From assembly GCA_041497995.1 (NCBI GenBank), contig JBGQHM010000001.1, positions 1 through 61,470 of the forward strand: a DNA stretch of 61,470 bases, read 5' to 3'. A program made the translations under genes and the position numbers. A model generated the notes under the pieces. The model was not told the DNA's origin, made no database searches, and saw nothing but the letters and a program-made list of their open reading frames with translations. Source of the stretch: Candidatus Binatia bacterium (lineage in GTDB: Bacteria; Desulfobacterota; Binatia; HRBIN30). Below are positions 32,985-42,051 of this stretch, one piece after another; within the stretch, counting starts at the first letter, position 1; every line of letters starts with the position of its first letter.

Positions 32985-34997
32985 TTACTCCGCAGAGCCG
33001 TTGCACGGCAGGTCGACGTTGAACATCGTGCCGCGCGGAGTGAGGCGCACACAGTCGATGCTGCCGCGGGGCGCCAGCACGATTTGCCGCGCGACGGCAA
33101 GGCCGATGCCGGAGCCGTTCGGCTTGGTGGTCTCGAACAGGCGAAACACCTGCATGGTCTCGGGAATGCCCGGCCCGGTGTCGGTGACCGAGATGCGCAC
33201 CGCTTGTGGTCCAGGACGCGTGACGTCGATGTCCACGCGGCCGGGACCCCGATCAATCGCTTCGATGGCATTCTTTACCAGATTGTCGAAGACGCGGTGC
33301 AGCTTCTCCTCATCCGCCGTCAGCAGCGGCACGTGCGATGGTGTGGCGAAGTCGATGTCGATCGCCCGCGCCGCCGCTACGGGTTCCCAGAGGTCGACGA
33401 TCCGTTGCAGGAAACGGCGGAGGTCGACGGCCGTCACGTGAAGCCGCTGCTCGCGCGAAAACTCCATGAACTCTTTGGTGAGCGAGTCGAGGCGACGTAC
33501 TTCGGCGAGGATGCTCTCCACGCCCTTGACGACCGTGCTGATGGGTTGGTTGCCGTCGCGGCCGGCGCGCCGCAGGATGAGCTGCGCTTGCATGGACACT
33601 CCCGTCAGCGGGTTGCCCAGGTCGTGTACGATCTGTGCGGTGATAGCGCCGATGTCCGCCAGCCGCTCACGCTGCTGTGTCGCCTTCTGCAGCTCCCGCA
33701 ACTCAGCTTCCGCCCGCCTCCGTTCGATGAAGTCACCGATCTGGCGACCGAGGGCATCGAGCGTCTCCAACCAATCGGGCTCCGGCCTGCGGCGCTGGCG
33801 GCCGAAGAACACCGAGACGCCGATGATGGTGGTGTCCGTCCGTATCGGGAAGGCGAAGGCACCATGCAGTCCGAGCTGCGCGGCGGCGGTGAACCGGCTG
33901 AAGCACGCGGACGCCTCAACATCCGGAATCCACGCCGGCTCGCCGGTCGCCCACGCGTGACCGGGTAAGCCGCTCCCCGCAGCGAAGGTGATGGGCTGAC
34001 TCAGCGCGACGAAATGGGTCGTGTCGATGGACGCCACATTCCACGCGGCACTCCAGCGCAAAGCACCGGCGGTCGTGTCGACCAGCCACAGCTCGCCAAG
34101 CTCCCAACCGATAGCCTCGCCGATGGCCTGGAGCAGCCGTGGGCCGGCGTCGGCGAGTGACGGCGAAGCCGCCAGTACCCGCGTCGTGGCGTATTGGAGA
34201 GCGATCCGCATCTCCGAACGCTTGCGCACCGTGATGTCGCGTATGAGTCCGGCAAACAACCTGCGGTCGCCGAGAGCGACCTCGCTGACGGCGAGATCCA
34301 TCGGAAACGTCGTGCCGTCCTGGCGCTGGCCGACGACCTCGCGGCCGATACCGATAATCCGCTTCACACCGGTCTGCAGATAGTGGGCGACGTAGTCATC
34401 GTGCTGCTCGCGATAGGGCAGTGGCATGAGGATGCTGACGTTGCGCCCCAACACTTCGGTAGCGGCGTAGCCGAACAGCCGCTCTGCAGCGGGGTTGAAG
34501 GACTGGATCAGCCCGCGCTCATCGATCGTGATGACGCCGTCGACCGCCGTCGTGACAATGGCACGATTGACCGCCTGACTCTCGCCGAGCGCCGCTTCGA
34601 CCTGGCGGCGCCCGCGTCGCACCTCGGCGTCCCGCAACTCGCGTTCGACGACACCGGCCAGTCGGTCGAGATGATCCTTCAGCAGGTAGTCCCGCGCGCC
34701 GGCGCGCATCGCGGCGACGGCGGCCTCTTCGCCGACGGTGCCGGCGAGCAGAATGACCGGCACGTCGTAGCCACCGTCATCCAGGAGCTGCAAGGCGGCG
34801 AGGCCGCTGAAGTGGGGCATCGAATAGTCCGATAGCACGATGTCGTAGCTCTTCTCACCGAGGGCTGCGAGCATTGCGTCCGCGGTCTCAACGCGTCGCC
34901 AGGTGACGTCGAAGCCGGCGCTCTGCAAAGCGCGCATGCTCAGCTCGGCGTCTTCGTCGGAATCATCGACGATCAGGACTTGTAGCGGCACACCCAT
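32985..34997 (-). CDS. hybrid sensor histidine kinase (REC-PAS-GAF-HisKA-HATPase_c)
   Basis: Start MGVPLQVLIVDDSDED (REC; SDYSMPHFSG). PAS (DGVITIDERGLIQSFNPAAERLFGY). GAF (...GLPGHAW.TGEP.WI.D...). H-box IVHDLGNPLTG. N/G boxes NLVKNAIEA, DTGPGIP, GSGIGLAV. Confidence 0.9.
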   Translation of the reverse strand: MGVPLQVLIVDDSDEDAELSMRALQSAGFDVTWRRVETADAMLAALGEKSYDIVLSDYSMPHFSGLAALQLLDDGGYDVPVILLAGTVGEEAAVAAMRAGARDYLLKDHLDRLAGVVERELRDAEVRRGRRQVEAALGESQAVNRAIVTTAVDGVITIDERGLIQSFNPAAERLFGYAATEVLGRNVSILMPLPYREQHDDYVAHYLQTGVKRIIGIGREVVGQRQDGTTFPMDLAVSEVALGDRRLFAGLIRDITVRKRSEMRIALQYATTRVLAASPSLADAGPRLLQAIGEAIGWELGELWLVDTTAGALRWSAAWNVASIDTTHFVALSQPITFAAGSGLPGHAWATGEPAWIPDVEASACFSRFTAAAQLGLHGAFAFPIRTDTTIIGVSVFFGRQRRRPEPDWLETLDALGRQIGDFIERRRAEAELRELQKATQQRERLADIGAITAQIVHDLGNPLTGVSMQAQLILRRAGRDGNQPISTVVKGVESILAEVRRLDSLTKEFMEFSREQRLHVTAVDLRRFLQRIVDLWEPVAAARAIDIDFATPSHVPLLTADEEKLHRVFDNLVKNAIEAIDRGPGRVDIDVTRPGPQAVRISVTDTGPGIPETMQVFRLFETTKPNGSGIGLAVARQIVLAPRGSIDCVRLTPRGTMFNVDLPCNGSAE

Positions 34998-35422
34998 CAG
35001 GCCTCTGTACCTCGCGGCACCCGTGTGCGGGTGCGTCGCCCTAGGAGGAAGCGGAGTAGCATGCCTAGCACGCGCGCTTCTCGCTGAGAAGCGCAGCGCG
35101 ATGGCACGCCGGGGGCTGGTTTCAACGGCCCAAAACCGCACAACGCTCAGTGAGGTTCGGGCAGATTGTCGGGATGAACGCGCTCGAAGGGGCGCCGCTC
35201 GGTCACCTCCTCGGGCTGGTACCCGAGAGCGCGCGTGGGTAGCGGGACGTAGCGGGCTCGCTCATTGCCGTTCGTTTGCGTGCGCACAACAGTGCATCGG
35301 CGCGCCTGGTGCTGCGTGGACGGTGCGTTTCTCGGCGGCAGCTCGAAGGGCGCGGCCTCACGCGGGACTCGTCCTGGCGAGGCCGCGATCTCTTCGAGCT
35401 ATATCGAACGGACGGTTGGAGC

Positions 35423-35716
35423 TCATGCCGACGCAGGAGGGACGACAGACACCTTCACCTTCCGCCTTTTCGGCTTTGCGCGTTTAGCCGGCTTGGCCCC
35501 AGCCTCGAGCTCCTTGCGGATCTCGTGCACGTACTTCTCCACCTGCGCCGCGGCCATGGCGGCGCGCTTACGCAGCTGGTCTGCGACCGCCTTGAGGTTC
35601 TTGAGGAAGCCAGCGGCCTCGGCCCGCTTGCGAAGGTCCGTCCGCAGCCGCTTTGCGAGCCCTTCCACCTCCTTGATGAGTGTTCCAACCCGATCGTGTT
35701 GCTTCTTCGTCGTCAT
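35423..35716 (-). CDS. small basic coiled-coil protein with Lys/Arg/Pro/Ala tail (phasin- or H1-tail-like; function unknown)
   Basis: 97 aa. A helical heptad-like body (LIKEVEGLAKRLRTDLRKRAEAAGFLKNLKAVADQLRK) is followed by AKPAKRAKPKRRKVKV. Confidence 0.55.
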   Translation of the reverse strand: MTTKKQHDRVGTLIKEVEGLAKRLRTDLRKRAEAAGFLKNLKAVADQLRKRAAMAAAQVEKYVHEIRKELEAGAKPAKRAKPKRRKVKVSVVPPASA

Positions 35717-35852
35717 ACGCCCCTCCTTTCAGCGCAGCTCTGGTAGAAACAAACGTGCCACCGATCAGTCCAGACGGCTGCGGGCGCAAGCGCCAATTGG
35801 ATTTGCATGGCTGCGAAACTGCGATCCATCAGACGCGCCGATGAGAAAAGGC

Positions 35853-38546
35853 TCAACGGGGTGCTCCGCTCTCCCTGTCGACCACGTCCCGCCGATACAG
35901 CCAGCCGCAGCGCACCAGCGTCTTCTCGATTTCCACCGCGATGAAGACGACGGCGGACACGGCTAGGCACAGGACGAGCTCGCCGGCGCTCAGCGTGTCG
36001 GTCTTGAAGACGGCGTGCGCGGCTGGGAGGTAGATGGTGAGCAACTGCAGCGCGACCGTCAGCAGTACCGCGCCGAGGAGTGGCCTATTCGACCACAGTC
36101 CTTGCTGAAAGAGCGATTGTGTCTCTGAGCGGATGGCCAGCACGTGGCCCATCTGCGACAACGAGAGCACCGTGAAGACCATGGTCCGCCAGTGTGCCAG
36201 GCCCGTGTGGTAGGCCCACGCCTGGGTGAGGAGCGACGCGCCGCCCATCAGGAGACCCACCCACACGATGTGCTGCCACATGCCGTGGGCGAAGAGGCTC
36301 TCAGCGGGGGGCCGCGGTGGGCGGTGCATGATGGCCTTCTCTTGCGGCTCGGCTGCCAGCGCGACGCCGGGCAGGCCGTCGGTCACCAGGTTGATCCACA
36401 GAATGTGAATGGGCAGGAGCGGGATGGGCAGCCCGAGAAAGGGGGCAAGGAAGATCGTCCAGATCTCACCCGAGTTACAGGTGACGGCATAGCGGATGAA
36501 CTTGCGGATGTTGTCGAAGATGCGCCGTCCTTCCCGTACCGCGGCGACGATGGTGGCGAAGTTGTCGTCGAGCAGGATCATGTGCGCCGCCGCGCGAGCC
36601 ACGTCGGTACCGGTCACACCCATCGCTACGCCGATGTCCGCCTGCTTCAGCGCCGCTGCGTCATTGACGCCATCGCCCGTCATGGCAACGAACTCGCCCC
36701 GGTCTTGGAGCGCTTTGACGATCTTGATCTTCTGCTCCGGCGCCACGCGCGCATACACGCGGACGTGTTCGACGTGTGCCTCGAACTCTTGCATCGACAG
36801 CGCCTGGAGTCGCTGGCCCGTCAGCACCTCACCGTCGTCCGCGATGATTCCGAGCTGTGCGGCGATGGCGCGCGCCGTGGCGGGATGATCGCCGGTAATC
36901 ATCACCGGCGTGATACCGGCGGAGCGGCACATGGCTACCGCCTCGCGGGCCTCCGGGCGCGGCGGGTCGATGAGGCCGACCAAACCGAGAAACGACAGCT
37001 CGTCTTCCACGACGAACGGAGAAAGATCGCCCGGCATGGCCGGCCACGTGCGGTACGCGATGGCCAGCACACGCAAGCCTTCGGCGGCCATCTGCTCGGC
37101 CCGTTCGAGCACGCGGGTGGTCTGCAAGGGCAGGGCACCCCCCGGGCCCATGGCGCTGGCGCATGCAGTCAGGACGGCCTCCGGCGCCCCTTTGGTGAAG
37201 GCCGCAATTGCGCCGCCGTGTCGGTGCAGCGTTGTCATGCACTTGCGCTCCGCATCGAACGGAATCTCGGCGAGCCGGGGTGTGGTCGCCTCGAGCGCCG
37301 CCCGCTCGTAGCCAGCCGCCACTGCGGCCAAGTACAGGGCGACCTCGGTTGGATCGCCACGCACCTGGTCGCGGTGGTCGGAGATGGCGTCGTTGCACAA
37401 GGCCAATGCGGTGTGAAAAAGGCGATAGAGCTCGGAGTCGGCGCCAGTCTCCGTCGGCGTCATCAACTGCGCACCAAGCAAGAGCTCCACCGCACGCATC
37501 TGATTCTGCGTGAGCGTGCCGGTCTTGTCGGCGCAGATGTAAGTCACCGAGCCGAGCGTCTCGACGGCCGGGAGGCGGCGAATGAGCGCCCGCTGTCGCA
37601 CCATGCGTCGCGCGCCCAGCGCCAACGACACCGTCACCACCGCCGGCAGGGCTTCCGGGATCGCAGCGACGGCGAGGCTCACGGCGGTGAGGAACATGAG
37701 GACAACTGACTCGCCGCGCGCCAGCCCGATGACGAAGACGATGGTGCAGATGCCAATGGCGGCCAGTGCCAAGCGTTGCCCGAACTGGGCGAGCCGCTTC
37801 TGGAGCGGTGTCGTGCGGTCGGCGGCACTACTCAGGAGGGTCGCGATCTTGCCCAGCTCGGTGTCCATGCCGGTGGCAATCACCACCCCGGAGCCGCGGC
37901 CGTAAGTGACAAGCGTTCCCTTGTAGGCCATGTTGCGGCGGTCACCGAGCAACGACTCCGGATCGCTGAGCGCCACATCCGTCTTCTCGATGGGCACTGA
38001 CTCACCCGTCAGGGTTGCTTCATCGACCTTCAGCTGGGCACTTTCGATGAGCCGCAGATCTGCGGGGATGATGTTACCCGCATCGAGCAGCACGATGTCA
38101 CCTGGTACGAGCTCGGTTGCGGACACCACTTGCAGCCGCGCGGCGCGCCGGACGGTAGCGGTCGGGGCGGCCATGATCCTCAAAGCCGCGACTGCGCGGT
38201 CGGCGCGGTACTCCTGGAGGAAGCCGATGGTGCCGTTGAGCAGAACAATGATCACGATGGTGATGGCGTCGGGCGGTGCACCGACCAGACCCGAGATGAT
38301 TGCCGCGGCGATCAACACGACAATCATGAAGTCGGTGAACTGATCGAGTAGCATGCGGAGCGGGCCGCGGCGCCGTGCCTCCTGCAACTCGTTGGCGCCG
38401 TAGCGAGCGGTGCGCTGCTCGACTTCGGTTGGGCTCAAGCCAGTCTGCGGATCAACCTGGAGGTGGTGCGCGGTGGCCGCAGCGGTGAGGATGTGCCAGG
38501 CGCGTGGCGATGTCAGGGCGCCTGAACGGCGAGCTGTCTGCGTCAT
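35853..38546 (-). CDS. cation-transporting P-type ATPase (P2-type, Ca2+/Mg2+-ATPase-like)
   Basis: LTGESVP (actuator TGES), ICADKTGTLTQN (DKTGT phosphorylation site), MTGDGVNDAAALKQADIGVAMG (hinge), and 10 predicted TM segments. Confidence 0.9.
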   Translation of the reverse strand: MTQTARRSGALTSPRAWHILTAAATAHHLQVDPQTGLSPTEVEQRTARYGANELQEARRRGPLRMLLDQFTDFMIVVLIAAAIISGLVGAPPDAITIVIIVLLNGTIGFLQEYRADRAVAALRIMAAPTATVRRAARLQVVSATELVPGDIVLLDAGNIIPADLRLIESAQLKVDEATLTGESVPIEKTDVALSDPESLLGDRRNMAYKGTLVTYGRGSGVVIATGMDTELGKIATLLSSAADRTTPLQKRLAQFGQRLALAAIGICTIVFVIGLARGESVVLMFLTAVSLAVAAIPEALPAVVTVSLALGARRMVRQRALIRRLPAVETLGSVTYICADKTGTLTQNQMRAVELLLGAQLMTPTETGADSELYRLFHTALALCNDAISDHRDQVRGDPTEVALYLAAVAAGYERAALEATTPRLAEIPFDAERKCMTTLHRHGGAIAAFTKGAPEAVLTACASAMGPGGALPLQTTRVLERAEQMAAEGLRVLAIAYRTWPAMPGDLSPFVVEDELSFLGLVGLIDPPRPEAREAVAMCRSAGITPVMITGDHPATARAIAAQLGIIADDGEVLTGQRLQALSMQEFEAHVEHVRVYARVAPEQKIKIVKALQDRGEFVAMTGDGVNDAAALKQADIGVAMGVTGTDVARAAAHMILLDDNFATIVAAVREGRRIFDNIRKFIRYAVTCNSGEIWTIFLAPFLGLPIPLLPIHILWINLVTDGLPGVALAAEPQEKAIMHRPPRPPAESLFAHGMWQHIVWVGLLMGGASLLTQAWAYHTGLAHWRTMVFTVLSLSQMGHVLAIRSETQSLFQQGLWSNRPLLGAVLLTVALQLLTIYLPAAHAVFKTDTLSAGELVLCLAVSAVVFIAVEIEKTLVRCGWLYRRDVVDRESGAPR

Positions 38547-38771
38547 CAGGTCAGTGACCGAACTGGTAGAGCAGGCATAGTCCTTACCGCCGGCCGCGCA
38601 ACTTTCCTGCCACGCGCGCGTCGGGTACGCCTACCGCCCACCCCGACCCCGGTTCTCGAAACTGGCGAACCAAGCGGGGCGATTCCCGTGGGTGGCAAGC
38701 GGCGATAACTGTTGGGCGCGGATCGGGGACAAGGTGCGCTGGCGAGCGGCTTGCACCGCATCAGCGCTAGC

Positions 38772-39122
38772 ATGACTCTTCGAATCAACGACATGCGGCA
38801 GTCCCTCCTGGATCGGCGCGCCGCGCTGTTTCGCACGGTGGCGCAGGTTGAGGACGACCTGCGCTGGTTGGACACGAACATCGAGCCAGAGGTGGAAGAG
38901 GAGGGACAGGAGGAGAACATCGCTCGGTTGCTGGCACGCCTGGACGATCGGGGCAAGGCCGAGATCGAGGCAATCGATGCGGCGTTGGCTCGCATCGCTA
39001 CAGGCGCGTATGGTCGCTGCGACCTATGCGGCAAGGCCATTCCTGCGGCGCGACTTGCCGCGATGCCGATGGCGCTCACCTGCGTGGACTGCGCGGCGGC
39101 GCGTGAACGCGGCCCGTCCTGA
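38772..39122 (+). CDS. DksA/TraR-family C4 zinc-finger protein
   Basis: Coiled-coil N-part and C-terminal CDLCGKAIPAARLAAMPMALTCVDC (CxxC-N17-CxxC). The start is taken at the ATG at 38772; the ORF also opens at 38712. Confidence 0.8.
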   Translation: MTLRINDMRQSLLDRRAALFRTVAQVEDDLRWLDTNIEPEVEEEGQEENIARLLARLDDRGKAEIEAIDAALARIATGAYGRCDLCGKAIPAARLAAMPMALTCVDCAAARERGPS

Positions 39123-39223
39123 TGTGACGAACGTTCCCGGTGTCGGACCGCCACCTGGGGGACACGAATGGGTTCGGTCGAAGCAAACGTGCAGGTACCC
39201 GCCAACTTGGCAGCGAGGCGCGC

Positions 39224-39910
39224 ATGACCTTCAAGGACCGCAGGGAAGCTGGGCGCCAGCTGGCGACGCAGCTGCTGCAGTACAAGGACCAGCAGCCGCT
39301 GGTGCTCGCCCTGCCGCGCGGTGGTGTCCCGGTTGGGTACGAGGTCGCAGTCGCGCTCGATGCACCCCTCGACATCGTTGTGGTACGCAAGTTGGGCGCG
39401 CCGGGCCAGCCGGAGCTGGGGATCGGAGCGGTGGTCGACGGCGACCATCCGCAAAGCGTGCTCAACGACGACCTCATGAGTGTCCTACACGTCTCTCGGG
39501 CGTACTTGCAGCGCCAGGTGGCGCTCGAGCTGCAGGAGATCCGCCGGCGTCAGGAATGCTATCGGCGCGGCAAGCCAGCGGTGCCGATCGCCGGCCGCAC
39601 CGTGATCGTCGTCGACGACGGCATCGCTACGGGCGGGTCCATTCGGGCAGCGTTGCGCGGCGCGCGCCGCGCCCACCCGCGGCGCTTGATTCTTGCGGTG
39701 CCGGTGGCACCACCCGAGACCATTGCTGCGCTGCAGAACGAAGCTGATACGGTCGTCTGCCTGAGCACGCCCGCGATGTTTCGTGCCGTCGGGCAGTTCT
39801 ACGACATCTTCACCCAGACGAGTGACGAGGAAGTGATCGAGCTCCTCGATGCCGCCAGTCGGCGATGGGCGGTAGCGCCGACCGGAGAGGCCGGGGCCCC
39901 GATGTCCTAG
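39224..39910 (+). CDS. phosphoribosyltransferase family protein
   Basis: MTFKDRREAGRQLA...LALPRGGVPVGYEVA... and the PRPP-binding loop VIVVDDGIATGGS. Confidence 0.8.
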   Translation: MTFKDRREAGRQLATQLLQYKDQQPLVLALPRGGVPVGYEVAVALDAPLDIVVVRKLGAPGQPELGIGAVVDGDHPQSVLNDDLMSVLHVSRAYLQRQVALELQEIRRRQECYRRGKPAVPIAGRTVIVVDDGIATGGSIRAALRGARRAHPRRLILAVPVAPPETIAALQNEADTVVCLSTPAMFRAVGQFYDIFTQTSDEEVIELLDAASRRWAVAPTGEAGAPMS

Positions 39911-40150
39911 CTCAATTGACTGCTGCTTCGGCGTGTGGCCGGCGCTGCCGGTGGTGTACGACACAGCGCCGCCGCCGCCGCGATCGTCCCGACGCGTTGG
40001 CCGAGACCCGACTGTTGTTCTCATTGTTGAGAAGCAGAGCGGGCCAACCCTGTGCGCCGTTGCGATGCTCGATCCGAGAGAGCGCGGCCCCGACGGTGCA
40101 TTGGCATGGCCAATTCCTTGCTTGTTCGCAGGCAAAAGGAGCGTGATCTG

Positions 40151-40426
40151 ATGACAGGGCCGGGCTATCACTTCGATCGGTTCGGGGCGTATCTCGGGTA
40201 CATCGACAAACACGGTCACTACTTCGAGAGAGACGGGACGTGTCGCGGTATGCTCGCCGACGACGGGACGCTGGTTGATGGGGATGGTGTCCGCCGCGGT
40301 CGCTTCGACGTGCAAGGCCAGTTCTGGGACGAGCAGGGGAGCTACCGAGGTTATCTGTCACAGCCAGACGGCATTCCCTTGCGCTACGGCGAGCACGGCA
40401 GGCGTTTCTCGACTCATGCGTCATAA
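40151..40426 (+). CDS. small Gly/aromatic repeat protein (resembles '4-fold beta-flower' type repeats)
   Basis: AAAGGAG lies 9 nt upstream. Reiterated units FGAYLGYIDKHGHYFERDGTCRGMLADDGTLVDGDGVRRGRFDVQGQFWDEQGSYRGYL. Confidence 0.5.
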   Translation: MTGPGYHFDRFGAYLGYIDKHGHYFERDGTCRGMLADDGTLVDGDGVRRGRFDVQGQFWDEQGSYRGYLSQPDGIPLRYGEHGRRFSTHAS

Positions 40427-40655
40427 CGACGCATTCGATCGTCCGCAGCGGAGACACTTCAACAGGGCGTCCGCACGGGGTGCTCCCATGATCGGCTGCC
40501 GCGTGTGTGCACAAGAATTCCTCTTTCATCAGGAGCGGGCGCCTAGAAACACTCCACCCCAATAGAGCATCTGGAGAAAGAGGCTGTGAAACGATCTGGG
40601 TCTATGTGGCGCAGTGTTTGCCTCAGCGGACCATCAAGGAAGGGAGGCAGCAATC

Positions 40656-41057
40656 GTGAGTTCAGATGCGGAAAAGCACAAGGACATGCACTTCGAACCG
40701 GACGTCATGCTACCGACGCAATTCTTCGCTACGCTACGCCGTCAGGCGCCGACCAAACGAGGCGAGTGCCAGTTGATGGTCGCCGTGCTGGAGGACGCCG
40801 TCCATTGTTTTCAGAAATATTCCCTAGCCCGAGACCGGCAGGGACAGCGACTCTTCCGTGAGGCCGAAGAGTGGATGATGGTCGAGACGTGGCCAGCAGG
40901 GGACGAGCCGACGCTTTCCTTTCAGTATGTGTGCGACATGGTGGGTCTGGATTCGCTCTGTCTGCGCGGCGGCTTGCGGCGCTGGCGTGAGTGCCAGTCG
41001 GCCGCCGACGACTCGCATACACGTGCACCGCATCGGGGACAGCGCGCAGCGGCCTGA
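40656..41057 (+). CDS. hypothetical protein
   Basis: The GTG at 40656 is preceded by AAGGGAGG with an 8-nt spacer; the ORF track ATG is at 40614. Protein-like core: GECQLMVAVLEDAVHCFQKYSLARDRQGQRLFREAEEWMM. No family recognised. Confidence 0.5.
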   Translation: MSSDAEKHKDMHFEPDVMLPTQFFATLRRQAPTKRGECQLMVAVLEDAVHCFQKYSLARDRQGQRLFREAEEWMMVETWPAGDEPTLSFQYVCDMVGLDSLCLRGGLRRWRECQSAADDSHTRAPHRGQRAAA

Positions 41058-41286
41058 AACGTCCGTCCTGATGCGTGCTGCGTTGCGGGCGTGCCGGCTC
41101 GATCGGACGCGGCGGCTCACTCAGGAGGCCAGCAGCTCGCGGACGTTACGCAGCAGCGCGTCCAGCTCGGTCGATCCGCTCCTGATAGCGCTGGCGCTCC
41201 GCCGCGACCAGCTGACCAGCCGCCGCAAGCTCGTCGTTCTGTTCGCGTAGTTGTTCCGGGACAGCCCACGGTCGCCAAGAAGTCAC

Positions 41287-42051
41287 CTAGAAGGGTGGCG
41301 CATGTTCTGAGCCGGAGTGTACGTCCGCAGTGAACCGCCCGCCCGCCAGTCCGCTACCGACGCGCGCCGCGAACGCTGCCGAATGGAAATACGCGGTCAG
41401 CGCCGCTGAAAGCGGAAAGACCTGATAGCCTGGCGTCCACTCGACGACGCGACCCTGTGCGTCGCGCACCATGCCACCAACCATGGCCAGCGACGCATCA
41501 CCCAGTCGCAAGTGACGGAGGTCGCGCACCAGCGCTTCGAAACGGCCTTGCTCCTCGCCATCGAGAAAGAGGAAGAGCCGCGAATGGAAGAAAATCGCCG
41601 CGTCGTGAAAGAACTTCGGCACGCTGGCGACGCCGTCCTTGCCGATGTCGGTGGCCATGCGCACGATGACGTGAAACACTTGGCGCAGAACGCCCAACCC
41701 GGGATGCTGCTGTAACGGCAGCGGCGGACGATCGGCGGTGAACGGTGCAGTCGGGTCTCCCTCGCGTACCCAGTGGACGGCGGCCAGCTCGATCGGCCGC
41801 TCGATGGGATACGCGCACCGCGCGAAGAAGGCGGGTTGCACCGTGGCCTCGCCGACACAGCCGTCTACGAGCAGAAATCGGGTGCCGGCTTTGTGTCCGA
41901 ACAAGAGCGCGTGAGGCAGGGCGTGGCCGGCACTCTCGATCACTAGATCGAGCTGCCCAAACCCCTTGCGTTCGAGTGCCGCCATGACGCCCGCCTCGTC
42001 GAACAGCCGCCGCAACGCCGTCCCGTCGTAGCGATCGAGCACCTTGTCCAT
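41287..42051 (-). CDS. hypothetical protein (254 aa) translationally coupled to the HDAC-like gene
   Basis: The ATG shares an ATGA with the upstream stop (42051-42053). Normal composition. No family recognised. Confidence 0.7.
   Translation of the reverse strand: MDKVLDRYDGTALRRLFDEAGVMAALERKGFGQLDLVIESAGHALPHALLFGHKAGTRFLLVDGCVGEATVQPAFFARCAYPIERPIELAAVHWVREGDPTAPFTADRPPLPLQQHPGLGVLRQVFHVIVRMATDIGKDGVASVPKFFHDAAIFFHSRLFLFLDGEEQGRFEALVRDLRHLRLGDASLAMVGGMVRDAQGRVVEWTPGYQVFPLSAALTAYFHSAAFAARVGSGLAGGRFTADVHSGSEHAPPF

Noticed and set aside
35148-35300. Possible small minus-strand ORF ending ..RARYVPLPTRALGYQPEEVTERRPFERVHPDNLPEPH in the kinase-upstream spacer.
   Set aside because: It has no ATG, only a possible GTG giving about 47 aa. 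No RBS and no recognisable family; the evidence is too weak.
38547-38771. Mg2+/metal riboswitch in the leader of the P-type ATPase.
   Set aside because: No conserved M-box-like or other recognisable riboswitch core was seen by eye. The region also has to hold the divergent DksA promoter. This would need an Rfam scan to revisit.
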